From Nitrospirota bacterium (GTDB lineage Bacteria; Nitrospirota; Thermodesulfovibrionia; SZUA-242), in the NCBI GenBank assembly GCA_027021335.1, contig JALUUO010000108.1:17383-81382 (forward strand): a DNA stretch of 64,000 nt. Reading direction: 5' to 3'. The notes under the pieces are model-generated. The model saw only the letters and a list, made by a program, of their open reading frames with translations, searched no databases and was not told the origin of the DNA. Every line of letters begins with the position of its first letter. The first letter of the stretch is position 1. Shown in pieces: positions 17,855 to 26,682 of this stretch. The translations under genes were made by a program, and so were the position numbers.

Positions 17855-19492
17855 TCAGCCGGCGGCAAGGGCAGTTCGTGTTAGCCGCTCTGCTGTTTCC
17901 ACCATAGCCGCCTGCTCCTGTGGTGAACGTGTTTCTATATAAAACCTAACCTTAGGTTCCGTACCGGATGGCCTGATAAGAAGCCAGGAGCCGTCTTCAA
18001 AAACAATCTTGGTGCCGTCAAGAGTTATAACATCTTTAACCGTTTTTGTACTCCCGCCGATCTGTATGCCCGAACCTACATTATAATTATTCTGGATAGT
18101 AGCCAGTTTTTCCGCCAGAGCAGGCCCAGTGGCCGCTTTGTCCACTGACAAGCCGGCACGCTGTGGATAGAAGGCTCCGAATTCTTTCTCCAGGTCGGAG
18201 AGATATTCGCTTAGGTTTTTTCCTGTGGCGGCCATCATCTCAATGGCTAAGAGCAGTCCGAAAGTAGCATCTTTTTCGAGTGTGTTGTTATAGCCTGAAA
18301 TTCCATCGCTTTCTTCATAGGCTACGATTGCTCTTTCAGGTGCATCAGGAAGCATGAAGGAACGGAAATTTTTAAATCCGACCGGCCTCTCGTAGACAGA
18401 GACACCAAGCCCCTCGGCCACGGCTTTTCCGAAATTAGACGTGGCCACTGACTTCACCAAAACACCACCGATATTCTTATAATGATACAGATAATGCAGC
18501 GCCATAGCTCCGAATTGATTCATAGGAATATCACGTACGCCATCGGTAAATCTTATCCGGTCACCATCCGGATCCATGAGGGCGCCCAGTTTGAATTTTG
18601 CGTTTGCGCCCCTGAGCACCTCCATTAGTAATGACATGTTTGCGGCGGAGGGCTCCGGCGCAATTCCACCAAATAAAAAGTCATCTTCTGTACGTATCAA
18701 TCGCAGTTTCGAAGAGCCACCGATAAAATGTTCCGGCCGGCCCCGGGTTGCGCCATGCATATGGTCTATGGCGATAAGACAATCCGTTGACTCTACAAAC
18801 TCGCGAATCCCATCAAGATCGAGCGTTCCCCTGCCCCGAAGAAACTCCTCGTGCAAAACCATGGGGTTTATTCGTTCGAACTCCCCAAGTGGGGCCGGGG
18901 CCGGAGCCGCGCCGCTTTTCATTCTAATGTTTGCATTGTCCTCGATAACCGAAGTAATCTCTCTGCCTGCAGGACCGCCGTCACCGGGATTGAACTTAAA
19001 ACCGGAATAGTTTGCAGGGTTATGTGATGGAGTAAGGTTTATAGAGCAAGCGGCGCCCAGGCGGTCAACCGCCGCTGACAGTTCAGGTGTTGTGGCCTCA
19101 CCGGCGTAATAAACACGAATTCCTTCGAAAGAAAGAATTCCCATGACCTCACCGGCAAAATCAGGACCAAGAAACCTGTTATCGTGTCCCACGATCACAC
19201 CACGTTTCTTCACCTCCTCAAAGTTTTCAGCACCAAGGGCTTTCATTGTTTCAACCCCTGCTGTTTTGAACATCTCCACAATCGCGGATGTCACCACCCC
19301 CAGGTTGTGAAAGGTGAAGTCGACACCGGTTTCCCCACGCCACCCAGAAGTGCCAAAGGATATATCTGCAGGTTTTATGTTTTCCCTGGCGAATCGCTCT
19401 ATATGATGTAGAAGATCCCGCCCGCTATTAACGTTGCCAAGTATTACCTGCCAGCATGAAGCTGCATCTTTATACTCGTGTCTAGACATCAT
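17855..19492 (-). CDS. pgm: Phosphoglucomutase (alpha-D-phosphohexomutase family)
   Basis: Active-site Ser loop TPSHNPANYSGFKF, Mg site DPDGDR, sugar loop EESDG, and the C-terminal RPSGTEPKVRFY. Confidence 0.85.
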   Translation of the reverse strand: MMSRHEYKDAASCWQVILGNVNSGRDLLHHIERFARENIKPADISFGTSGWRGETGVDFTFHNLGVVTSAIVEMFKTAGVETMKALGAENFEEVKKRGVIVGHDNRFLGPDFAGEVMGILSFEGIRVYYAGEATTPELSAAVDRLGAACSINLTPSHNPANYSGFKFNPGDGGPAGREITSVIEDNANIRMKSGAAPAPAPLGEFERINPMVLHEEFLRGRGTLDLDGIREFVESTDCLIAIDHMHGATRGRPEHFIGGSSKLRLIRTEDDFLFGGIAPEPSAANMSLLMEVLRGANAKFKLGALMDPDGDRIRFTDGVRDIPMNQFGAMALHYLYHYKNIGGVLVKSVATSNFGKAVAEGLGVSVYERPVGFKNFRSFMLPDAPERAIVAYEESDGISGYNNTLEKDATFGLLLAIEMMAATGKNLSEYLSDLEKEFGAFYPQRAGLSVDKAATGPALAEKLATIQNNYNVGSGIQIGGSTKTVKDVITLDGTKIVFEDGSWLLIRPSGTEPKVRFYIETRSPQEQAAMVETAERLTRTALAAG

Positions 19493-19691
19493 GATACTCC
19501 TCCAAGGTTTTCTTAAGAAAATATGCTACTCAATACAGTATCCGGCTGTCAAAAATAAATCTAAACATTGAAAGGTAACCCTCTGCAAATACAAATAGAT
19601 AGGAAAAACTTTCCTATGTTGAACATGGCTATCGAACAAATTTCCTACCTCCTTGCATGGAAGATTTTGTAAAACAGAGCATGTATGGCCA

Positions 19692-19707
19692 TGGTATGGA
19701 GCTTGCT
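19692..19707 (+). promoter_or_regulatory. Sigma-54 promoter of the flgF-flgJ rod/ring operon
   Basis: TGGTATGGAGCTTGCT against the consensus TGGCACG-N4-TTGCW. All core GG/TTGC positions are present. It lies 39 nt upstream of the flgF ATG, with SD GGAG in between. Confidence 0.6.
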
Positions 19708-19745
19708 TTGTCAAAAGCAGACAGAAATAAAGCGGAGTTTGGATT

Positions 19746-20462
19746 ATGTACAAAGGAATTTATGTAGGGTTATCCGGCGCGGTTCTCAGGCATCAACAAG
19801 TTGACATTGTAGCCCAAAACCTCGCTAACGTAAGTGCAACCGGTTACAAGCGCGACCGTATGTCATTCAGGAGCTACATGTTGTCAGAAGACGCAGCTCA
19901 GCCTTCAACAGCTATCTACCCAGAGTCAAAAACAATGGCAACACTCAGCCGGCAGGAGACTGATTTTACAGCAGGCGAGATTTTTTATACAGGAAACACG
20001 CTGGATGTAGCAATATTTGGAGATGCCTTTTTCTCCATCCTAACCCCGGAAGGCGAACGATATACACGAAACGGAACATTTAAACTGGATAGCGAAGGCG
20101 GCCTTATTACATCGGATGGATACCAGGTTCTATCCGAGTCGGGACCGATAGTTCTCTCAAAGACAGGACAGATCACAATTAACCGGAACGGGAAGATTTC
20201 GGTTGATGGCGCAGCAGCCGAATCACTAAAGCTGGTAGGGCTTAAAAACCCTGTTAAACAGGGAGCCAGCCTCTTCAGCGGCAGCCCGGTTAAAACCGAT
20301 GCCGAAGTCAAGCAAGGCGCTCTCGAGCACTCTAATGTAAATGCATTTCGGGAGATGATCGGTCTTGTCGAGGCTATGCGTGTATACGAAACTAATCAGA
20401 AGGTGATCCAGGCCTTTGATGCACTGGCAGGCAAGGCGGCTAACGACCTTGCAAGGGTCTAG
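19746..20462 (+). CDS. flgF: Flagellar basal-body rod protein FlgF
   Basis: N-terminus YVGLSGAVLRHQQVDIVAQNLANVSATGYKRD and C-terminus LEHSNVNAFREMIGLVEAMRVYE. Lies upstream of flgG. Confidence 0.85.
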   Translation: MYKGIYVGLSGAVLRHQQVDIVAQNLANVSATGYKRDRMSFRSYMLSEDAAQPSTAIYPESKTMATLSRQETDFTAGEIFYTGNTLDVAIFGDAFFSILTPEGERYTRNGTFKLDSEGGLITSDGYQVLSESGPIVLSKTGQITINRNGKISVDGAAAESLKLVGLKNPVKQGASLFSGSPVKTDAEVKQGALEHSNVNAFREMIGLVEAMRVYETNQKVIQAFDALAGKAANDLARV

Positions 20463-20563
20463 GTTTTTTTATTCAAGTTCAGCAGCGTTATTGCTCAACT
20501 TGGATTTCATTAAATCTTGCTTGAACTGGAACTTTAAAACTTAACAACAAGGAGATTGTCAGA

Positions 20564-21352
20564 ATGATCAGATCACTTTTTACTGCAGCTACAGGAATGC
20601 AGGCTCAACAAATAAACATTGATGTTATTTCAAATAACCTGGCAAACGTAAATACCACGGGATATAAAAGAAGCAGGGCAGATTTTCAGGACCTTATGTA
20701 CCAAACAATGCAAATAGCAGGAGTAACAAATGCAGCAGGTTTGGAGGTACCTACATCTCTACAGGTAGGACTTGGTGTAAAACCCGTGGCGGTACAGAAA
20801 GTTTTCAGCCAGGGTGATTTCATACGCACCGAGAACCCCCTGGATATGGTAATAGAAGGCGACGGTTTCTTTCAGATCCTACAACTTGACGGCACTATCG
20901 TATATAGCCGTGCCGGAACATTTAAGCTAGACAGCCAGGGCAACATTGTAACCTCGGACGGCCTGCCGCTGGAGCCTGCCATAACACTTCCTATTGATGC
21001 CACCAGGGTGGACATATCCTCGGACGGTATAGTTTCTGTTCTTCAACCGGGGACCGAAACGCCTACAGAAGTAGGCCAGATAGAGCTTGCAAGGTTTGCA
21101 AATCCAAGTGGCCTTGAATCTCTTGGCAGTAACCTATACGCGGTAACACAGTCTTCCGGACCTGCTACGCTGAATATCCCAGGCACCGAGGGTCTAGGCA
21201 CTATAGGTCAGGGGTTTCTTGAAACATCGAACGTCAATGTCGTGGACGAAATGGTTAACCTCATTGTCAGTCAAAGAGCTTACGAATTGAGTTCAAAGGT
21301 GGTGCAGGCCAGTGATGAAATACTGCAGATGGCAAATAACATGAGGAGATAG
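20564..21352 (+). CDS. flgG: Flagellar distal rod protein FlgG
   Basis: MIRSLFTAATGMQAQQINIDVISNNLANVNTTGYKRSR ... LETSNVNVVDEMVNLIVSQRAYE. Confidence 0.9.
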   Translation: MIRSLFTAATGMQAQQINIDVISNNLANVNTTGYKRSRADFQDLMYQTMQIAGVTNAAGLEVPTSLQVGLGVKPVAVQKVFSQGDFIRTENPLDMVIEGDGFFQILQLDGTIVYSRAGTFKLDSQGNIVTSDGLPLEPAITLPIDATRVDISSDGIVSVLQPGTETPTEVGQIELARFANPSGLESLGSNLYAVTQSSGPATLNIPGTEGLGTIGQGFLETSNVNVVDEMVNLIVSQRAYELSSKVVQASDEILQMANNMRR

Positions 21353-21360
21353 GCGGAAAA

Positions 21361-22101
21361 ATGCGTTCGGTAAAATTGCAAACGTTGAGTTTTTTAAAGA
21401 TCATTTACGTGGTAATTATTTTTTTGGGTCTCCCTGTTATCTTACCTCCGAATATAGCGTTGGCTGTTGATATCACTGAATCCGTACGCCTGGCTATTGA
21501 AGAAAGCATTGCGGATTCCTCCGAATGGGAGAGAGTCGAGGTTTCCGGAATAAGATTGAAACCCGGCATTAGCCTTTCTAATAATCCGGCTGGTGATCCG
21601 GTTATCGAAGTTGTAGAAATCCTTCCTTCAAGGCCTCTTGGCCGTAGAAACTTCCAGATGCTTGCAAGGTTTGACGATAACGAAAAACACTTTCGTGCCA
21701 GCGCTGTTGTAAAAGCTTATAGACGTGTTTTCTATCTTACCCGTTCACTATACAAAGGACAGCCGGTCGCTAAGTCTGACATCGTCAGCCGGGAGATGGA
21801 TGTAAGCAGAGTTCCCAAAGGCGCTTTGTCTGACCCATCCGAACTCGAGGGGCTGGTTGCTTCACGCTCCATCGGAATAAACAGAGTACTCAAGCTTTCC
21901 TATTTCAAAGAGCTTCCAGCGGCCAGAAAGGGAAGCCGTGTGCTCCTTGTGGCTGACAACGGCCCGGTTAAAGTTGCGGTTCCAGGAATTCTTAAAGAGG
22001 ATGCATATAAGGGACGCTCTGTAAAGGCAATGAACATAATGTCCAGAAAGGAGGTTGTAGGATGGCTTGTAGACGCCGGTACAGTAAGTATCAGATTTTA
22101 A
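21361..22101 (+). CDS. flgA: Flagellar P-ring assembly chaperone FlgA
   Basis: Signal/TM N-terminus and a SAF-type C-terminal domain (KGSRVLLVADNGPVKVAVPGILKEDAYKGRSVKAMN). Position is between flgG and flgH. Confidence 0.8.
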   Translation: MRSVKLQTLSFLKIIYVVIIFLGLPVILPPNIALAVDITESVRLAIEESIADSSEWERVEVSGIRLKPGISLSNNPAGDPVIEVVEILPSRPLGRRNFQMLARFDDNEKHFRASAVVKAYRRVFYLTRSLYKGQPVAKSDIVSREMDVSRVPKGALSDPSELEGLVASRSIGINRVLKLSYFKELPAARKGSRVLLVADNGPVKVAVPGILKEDAYKGRSVKAMNIMSRKEVVGWLVDAGTVSIRF

Positions 22102-22802
22102 GACTTTTTGCCGCACTCTGCCTCTTCACGATACCGGTCCTTACAGGATGCAGCGGTTTAAAAGAGGCGCGAATTATAAAGAAACAACCTATGCCTCCCA
22201 GGTATTACCCTATTCAGAAACCACCGGCACAAGCTTCTGCAGGTTCACTTTGGAGGGGTAGCAGCGAAGGGCTCTTCCATGACAACAGGGCAAGAAACCT
22301 GAACGACCTGGTGACAATAAAAATAGTAGAGAGCGCTAAAGGCGCAAAAACTGCAACTACTGATACCGAAAGAACAACATCGGACGATCGCTCGGTAACA
22401 AGCCTTTTCGGTCTGCCACTTAACCTTACTATGAGAGATTTCCTGGGAGCTGGCAACTCATTTGCGCCGGAGGTCAAAGGAGGTGTACAGACTCTGCTTG
22501 AAAGCGACGCCGAAACAACCAGGGGAGGAACCCTGACAGCATCCATCACCGCTAAGGTGGCAGAGGTGCTCCCAAATGGAAACTTCGTGCTCGAAGCGCG
22601 TAAAGAAACCCTTATAAACAACGAAAACCAAATTCTTGTTCTGCGGGGTATTGTCAGACCCCTGGATATCCGGCCGGACAATACCGTATTGTCCACCTAT
22701 ATCGCCGATGCCAAAATTTCTTTTACAGGCGAGGGAGTTCTTGATGATCAGCAAGCGCCTGGCTGGATGACCAGGATTCTGGATCATGTCTGGCCATTTT
22801 AA
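22062..22802 (+). CDS. flgH: Flagellar L-ring lipoprotein FlgH
   Basis: Lipobox VLTGC. Motifs LFHDNRARNLNDLVTIKIVE and ILVLRGIVRPLDI. ATG 22062 is preceded by AAGGAGG and overlaps the flgA end by 40 nt. Confidence 0.9.
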   Translation: MACRRRYSKYQILRLFAALCLFTIPVLTGCSGLKEARIIKKQPMPPRYYPIQKPPAQASAGSLWRGSSEGLFHDNRARNLNDLVTIKIVESAKGAKTATTDTERTTSDDRSVTSLFGLPLNLTMRDFLGAGNSFAPEVKGGVQTLLESDAETTRGGTLTASITAKVAEVLPNGNFVLEARKETLINNENQILVLRGIVRPLDIRPDNTVLSTYIADAKISFTGEGVLDDQQAPGWMTRILDHVWPF

Positions 22803-22853
22803 TGAGTTGTGAGTTGAGAAGTAAGGGGTATTTAAAAGATAAAGGAAATTGTC

Positions 22854-23972
22854 ATGAAAATCATGAAAATATTGTCAGATAGTGCAACTACGTTTTTTCT
22901 GTTGATTATTGGTTTTTTCCTACTATTGACTTCGGCCTCATATGCCGAAAGGTTAAAAGACATTTCGACCATATCGGGTGTCCGTGACAACCAGCTTGTG
23001 GGCTACGGCCTGGTGGTCGGCCTAGACCGCACAGGTGATAAGTCCGGCAGTGTAAGGCAGGCGTTATCTAATATGTATCAGAGGGCAGGAATAAATATCG
23101 ATGCTGCCAGGCTTAAGCCTAAAAACGTTGCAGCGGTAATGGTGACCGCTGATATGCCTACCTTCAGTAAATTGGGAAGCAGGCTGGATGTTATAGTTTC
23201 TTCACTGTCGGATGCAAAAAGCCTTCAGGGCGGCACTCTTCTTATGACACCGTTAAAGGGTCCGGACGGCAATGTTTATGCGGTGGCTCAGGGAGCGGTC
23301 TCGATCGGCGGATTTGCAGGCGGCAGCGGCGGCGAAACAGTAACCAAAAACCATCCAACCGTCGGCCGAGTGCCCTCAGGAGCATTGATAGAAAAAGAGG
23401 TTCCTATCAGCTTCGCTGATATGTCAAGCATCGATATTGTGTTGTATACCCAAGATTTCAAAACAGTGCAATCCGTTATCAAAAAAATAGATGAAGCGCT
23501 CCAGGGAACTTATGCCACAGCCGAAGGACCAAGATCAGTTAACGTGCAGGTTCCGGCTGACTATCAAGGCCGGGTGGTGGATCTTCTTGCTCTTCTTGAA
23601 ACTGTCGAGGTCGAGACTGATATGCCCGCAAAAGTTGTGATAAATGAGAAGACAGGTACGGTGGTTCTTGGAGATCGTGTTACTGTTTCTCCTGTGGCCT
23701 TATCCCACGGAAACCTGATCGTACAGGTAAAAACAACACTCGAAGTATCCCAGCCTACGGCTTTGAGCAATACCGGTCAGACCGCTATCGTCCCTGATAC
23801 AGAAACCACTGTAGTAGAGACCGATACCCGCCTTGTTCCCGTAGGCGGCGCCGACCTGAGCGAAGTTGTTAGTGCTTTGAACTCCCTGGGTGTAACTCCA
23901 CGTGACTTGATAGCAATACTTCAGGCACTGAAAGCTGTGGGAGCCCTGAAGGCTGAACTGGAGATTCTATGA
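22854..23972 (+). CDS. flgI: Flagellar P-ring protein FlgI
   Basis: RLKDISTISGVRDNQLVGYGLVVGLDRTGD ... LIAILQALKAVGALKAELEIL. Confidence 0.9.
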   Translation: MKIMKILSDSATTFFLLIIGFFLLLTSASYAERLKDISTISGVRDNQLVGYGLVVGLDRTGDKSGSVRQALSNMYQRAGINIDAARLKPKNVAAVMVTADMPTFSKLGSRLDVIVSSLSDAKSLQGGTLLMTPLKGPDGNVYAVAQGAVSIGGFAGGSGGETVTKNHPTVGRVPSGALIEKEVPISFADMSSIDIVLYTQDFKTVQSVIKKIDEALQGTYATAEGPRSVNVQVPADYQGRVVDLLALLETVEVETDMPAKVVINEKTGTVVLGDRVTVSPVALSHGNLIVQVKTTLEVSQPTALSNTGQTAIVPDTETTVVETDTRLVPVGGADLSEVVSALNSLGVTPRDLIAILQALKAVGALKAELEIL

Positions 23973-24352
23973 TGACAGGAATGAAACTGATATCCGGACT
24001 GGTTTCCCCTCTAGTTGCCGGTTCTACTGATAAGGCTGTTTCCGAAACCGGAAAAAACCGTGATGAGATTAAAAAAGCGGCAACACAATTTGAGAAACTC
24101 TTTATATCTCAAATCCTAAAAGAGATGAAAAAAACGATACCAGGCGAAAGTTTTCTGCCTCAAGGGCTTGGAAACGATATTTATGAGTCACTTATAGAAA
24201 ACGAACTTGCGGATTCACTGGCACAAAAGGGGATCGGCCTTGCAGATGCCTTTGAACGAATGCTTGAAGGCGGCATCGGGCGGATCAGTTATGATGACTC
24301 ACTAAGAAAAATAACCCAGCCTCATGAATCTGCGTATAAACAGAGCCCATAA
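23969..24352 (+). CDS. flgJ: FlgJ-like rod-binding protein (Rod_binding domain only, no muramidase domain)
   Basis: 127 aa. Rod-binding motif AATQFEKLFISQILKEMKKT. ATGA overlap with the flgI stop. Confidence 0.7.
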   Translation: MMTGMKLISGLVSPLVAGSTDKAVSETGKNRDEIKKAATQFEKLFISQILKEMKKTIPGESFLPQGLGNDIYESLIENELADSLAQKGIGLADAFERMLEGGIGRISYDDSLRKITQPHESAYKQSP

Positions 24353-24487
24353 CACATCATGGGTAAACATAGAAATATATGGTCGATAACCTGTGATTTT
24401 CCGTAGTGTTTTAGACACAGGCAGTGTCAATATACTGACTACATGTCTTGACTTTGACATGTAACCCATTGAACTTTTTAAATAAAT

Positions 24488-24514
24488 TTAAGTTTAAGCA
24501 ATACCTGCCGATAG
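24488..24514 (+). promoter_or_regulatory. Sigma-28-type promoter of flgM-flgN-flgK-flgL
   Basis: TTAAGTTT-N11-GCCGATAG against the consensus TAAAGTTT-N11-GCCGATAA. Lies 30 nt upstream of the flgM ATG. Confidence 0.6.
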
Positions 24515-24544
24515 GTGTATTAAGCGTATAAAGGAGGAGCTACT

Positions 24545-24838
24545 ATGAAGATTCAAGGCAATAACCAGCTCCCGGAAGTCAGGGAACCTAACCTTCGGCA
24601 GGCGGAAGAAAAGAGCGGGACGGAAAAAACCTCTTTACCACAGGACGACTCTGTCAGAATATCTTCCGGGGCCAAAGAGGCTCAAAAGATCATGGCGGAA
24701 GTCGAAAAAGCACCGGATATACGGGAAGACAAGGTTCGCGAACTCAAGACAGCCATTGATGCAGGAACTTACAACGTCAGCGGCGAAGCAGTGGCTGAAA
24801 AAATGATCAAGGAGTTTATGCTTGGAACAATCATCTAA
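24545..24838 (+). CDS. flgM: Anti-sigma-28 factor FlgM
   Basis: 97 aa. C-terminal FlgM domain REDKVRELKTAIDAGTYNVSGEAVAEKMI. Confidence 0.8.
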   Translation: MKIQGNNQLPEVREPNLRQAEEKSGTEKTSLPQDDSVRISSGAKEAQKIMAEVEKAPDIREDKVRELKTAIDAGTYNVSGEAVAEKMIKEFMLGTII

Positions 24839-25304
24839 CCCGAAATCCGGCCTGAAGGAGCTGGCTTGCATACTGGAAGAGGAATTCCGGTTGTGTAATG
24901 AGTTTGAAGAAGCGCTCATGCAGGAACGGGACCACCTTCAAAACTCACGTGCAATGGATGTAGAGAATATCTCAACAAAAAAAAACAATCTGAAAAACCG
25001 CTTCGTAGCAGTTGAAAGCAAAAGACGAAAACTCATCAGATCGTTAGCTGAGGAGGTGGGCATTTCACCCGACTCTCCACTTTCAGAAATATCCATGCAT
25101 TTACCCTGCAACGAATCTGATCGCCTCAACGAAACAGGAGAGAAGCTTAAATCCCGTATTGTCCGCCTGCGCGAACTTAATCGCGTAAACGAATCCATTA
25201 TAGAAAAAATACTGTTCTATCTTCGCGCCTCGGCAGGTTTTTTAAACCTCCATACCGGAGGCCTGGCACGCACATCAGGTAGAATCGTCTCAAAGGAAGT
25301 TTAG
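24822..25304 (+). CDS. flgN: FlgN-like flagellar export chaperone (for FlgK/FlgL)
   Basis: 160-aa helical protein between flgM and flgK. N-terminus LKELACILEEEFRLCNEFEEALMQERDHL is FlgN-like. Putative TTG start overlaps the flgM end. Confidence 0.6.
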   Translation: MEQSSNPKSGLKELACILEEEFRLCNEFEEALMQERDHLQNSRAMDVENISTKKNNLKNRFVAVESKRRKLIRSLAEEVGISPDSPLSEISMHLPCNESDRLNETGEKLKSRIVRLRELNRVNESIIEKILFYLRASAGFLNLHTGGLARTSGRIVSKEV

Positions 25305-25309
25305 TTTAG

Positions 25310-26668
25310 ATGAGCCTAAGCGCCCTATTTGATATCGGTAAATCGGCCCTGATAAGCAGCCAGGCTGCACTTAGCGTAACAGCCAACAACGTGGCCAATG
25401 TCAACACCCCCGGCTACAGCCGGCAAGATGTAAAACTCGGATCGATGGCGCCACAGTTGGTGGGCGGAGAATGGATAGGCAGGGGTGTGAATATCGTTGC
25501 AATTGAGCGCAATTACAATGCATTTATTGACACCCAGATAAACAATGAAACATCCAGCCAGGGCATGTACGACAGCAAGTCTTCAGTATTAAGCCAGGTA
25601 GAGGATATTTTTAACGAAACGCAATACGGCTTATCAGGAGCCATGCAGGACTTTTTCAATGCCTGGAACGAAGTGGCTGCCAACCCTGAGGAGCGCGCTC
25701 AACGTGTAACCCTTCTAGAGTCTTCCGGAGCGCTGGCCTCCCGCTTTCAAAGTATGAACACCAGGTTGCTGGATCTCCAGCAAAACATAAACCGTGAGAT
25801 TCCGGTAGTAGTAAACGACGTCAATAAAATCATAAAGTCTATCTACGATCTAAACTTGCAAGTGACGGTCACCGGTGGAGCGTCTGACACCCTTGACCAA
25901 CGTGACCAGATGATCAATCGTCTGGCAGAGTATGTTTCACTAAACAAGTTTGAGGATAGCATTGGCCGTGTAACTGTTATTGTTGAGGGCAAAAACCTGA
26001 TTGAACCCAACACCTACAACACCATTTCCGCCCAAGCCGGAACAGACGGGATGTACGATGTTGTAATGTCGGACACAGGCGAAACGCTTAACCTCCAGAA
26101 CTCATCCGGTGGCATCATCAAAGGGATGCTCGATCTTCGTGATGTTGAGCTGCAAAATTACCGGGATAACCTGGACACTCTGGCCTACAATCTTGCTGTT
26201 GAGGTCAATACGGTACACAGCGGCGGCTATGCTTTAGACGAAACCACCGGGCGAAATTTCTTTACGCCCCCAACAACCGTTACCGGAGCGGCCGGAAGCC
26301 TGACAGTAGCAATTTCAGATCCTAATCTGGTAGCTGCCTCGTCCAGTCCAAATGAGCTGCCCGGCAACAATTTACAAGCACAGGCTATTTCAGACCTGCA
26401 AAGCCAGGCACTGGTTTCAGGCAGCACATTTAGCGATTACTACCGCTCATTGGTGAGCCAGGTCGGAATCGATACCGCCTCCGCCTCAAGAGAACTCGGC
26501 AGCTCACAGTCCGTTCTTTTTCAACTCAAGGGAAAACGTGATGAGTTCGCAGGTGTGTCCCTGGACGAAGAGGCCGTAAACATTGTCCGTTTTCAGCGCT
26601 CTTATGAAGCGGCCGCAAAAATCATTAAGGTTACCGAGGATCTGTTCAACACAATAATTAATATGTAA
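25310..26668 (+). CDS. flgK: Flagellar hook-associated protein 1, FlgK
   Basis: N-terminus SALISSQAALSVTANNVANVNTPGYSRQ and C-terminus GVSLDEEAVNIVRFQRSYEAAAKIIKV. Confidence 0.9.
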   Translation: MSLSALFDIGKSALISSQAALSVTANNVANVNTPGYSRQDVKLGSMAPQLVGGEWIGRGVNIVAIERNYNAFIDTQINNETSSQGMYDSKSSVLSQVEDIFNETQYGLSGAMQDFFNAWNEVAANPEERAQRVTLLESSGALASRFQSMNTRLLDLQQNINREIPVVVNDVNKIIKSIYDLNLQVTVTGGASDTLDQRDQMINRLAEYVSLNKFEDSIGRVTVIVEGKNLIEPNTYNTISAQAGTDGMYDVVMSDTGETLNLQNSSGGIIKGMLDLRDVELQNYRDNLDTLAYNLAVEVNTVHSGGYALDETTGRNFFTPPTTVTGAAGSLTVAISDPNLVAASSSPNELPGNNLQAQAISDLQSQALVSGSTFSDYYRSLVSQVGIDTASASRELGSSQSVLFQLKGKRDEFAGVSLDEEAVNIVRFQRSYEAAAKIIKVTEDLFNTIINM

Positions 26669-26682
26669 CAGGAAAATAAATC

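Noticed and set aside
19526-19753. 75-aa - strand ORF in the pgm/flgF intergenic region
   Set aside because: It has no SD and an odd composition, and it spans the predicted sigma-54 promoter of flgF. It is most likely non-coding.
22214-22787. 160-aa and 109-aa - strand ORFs inside flgH
   Set aside because: They are antisense to a well-supported FlgH gene (lipobox and family motifs), so they are shadow ORFs.
24364-24389. Second sigma-28-like sequence TAAA-N14-GTCGATAA upstream of flgM
   Set aside because: The spacer is one nt short and the -10 deviates (GTC for GCC). The better match at 24488-24514 is closer to flgM.
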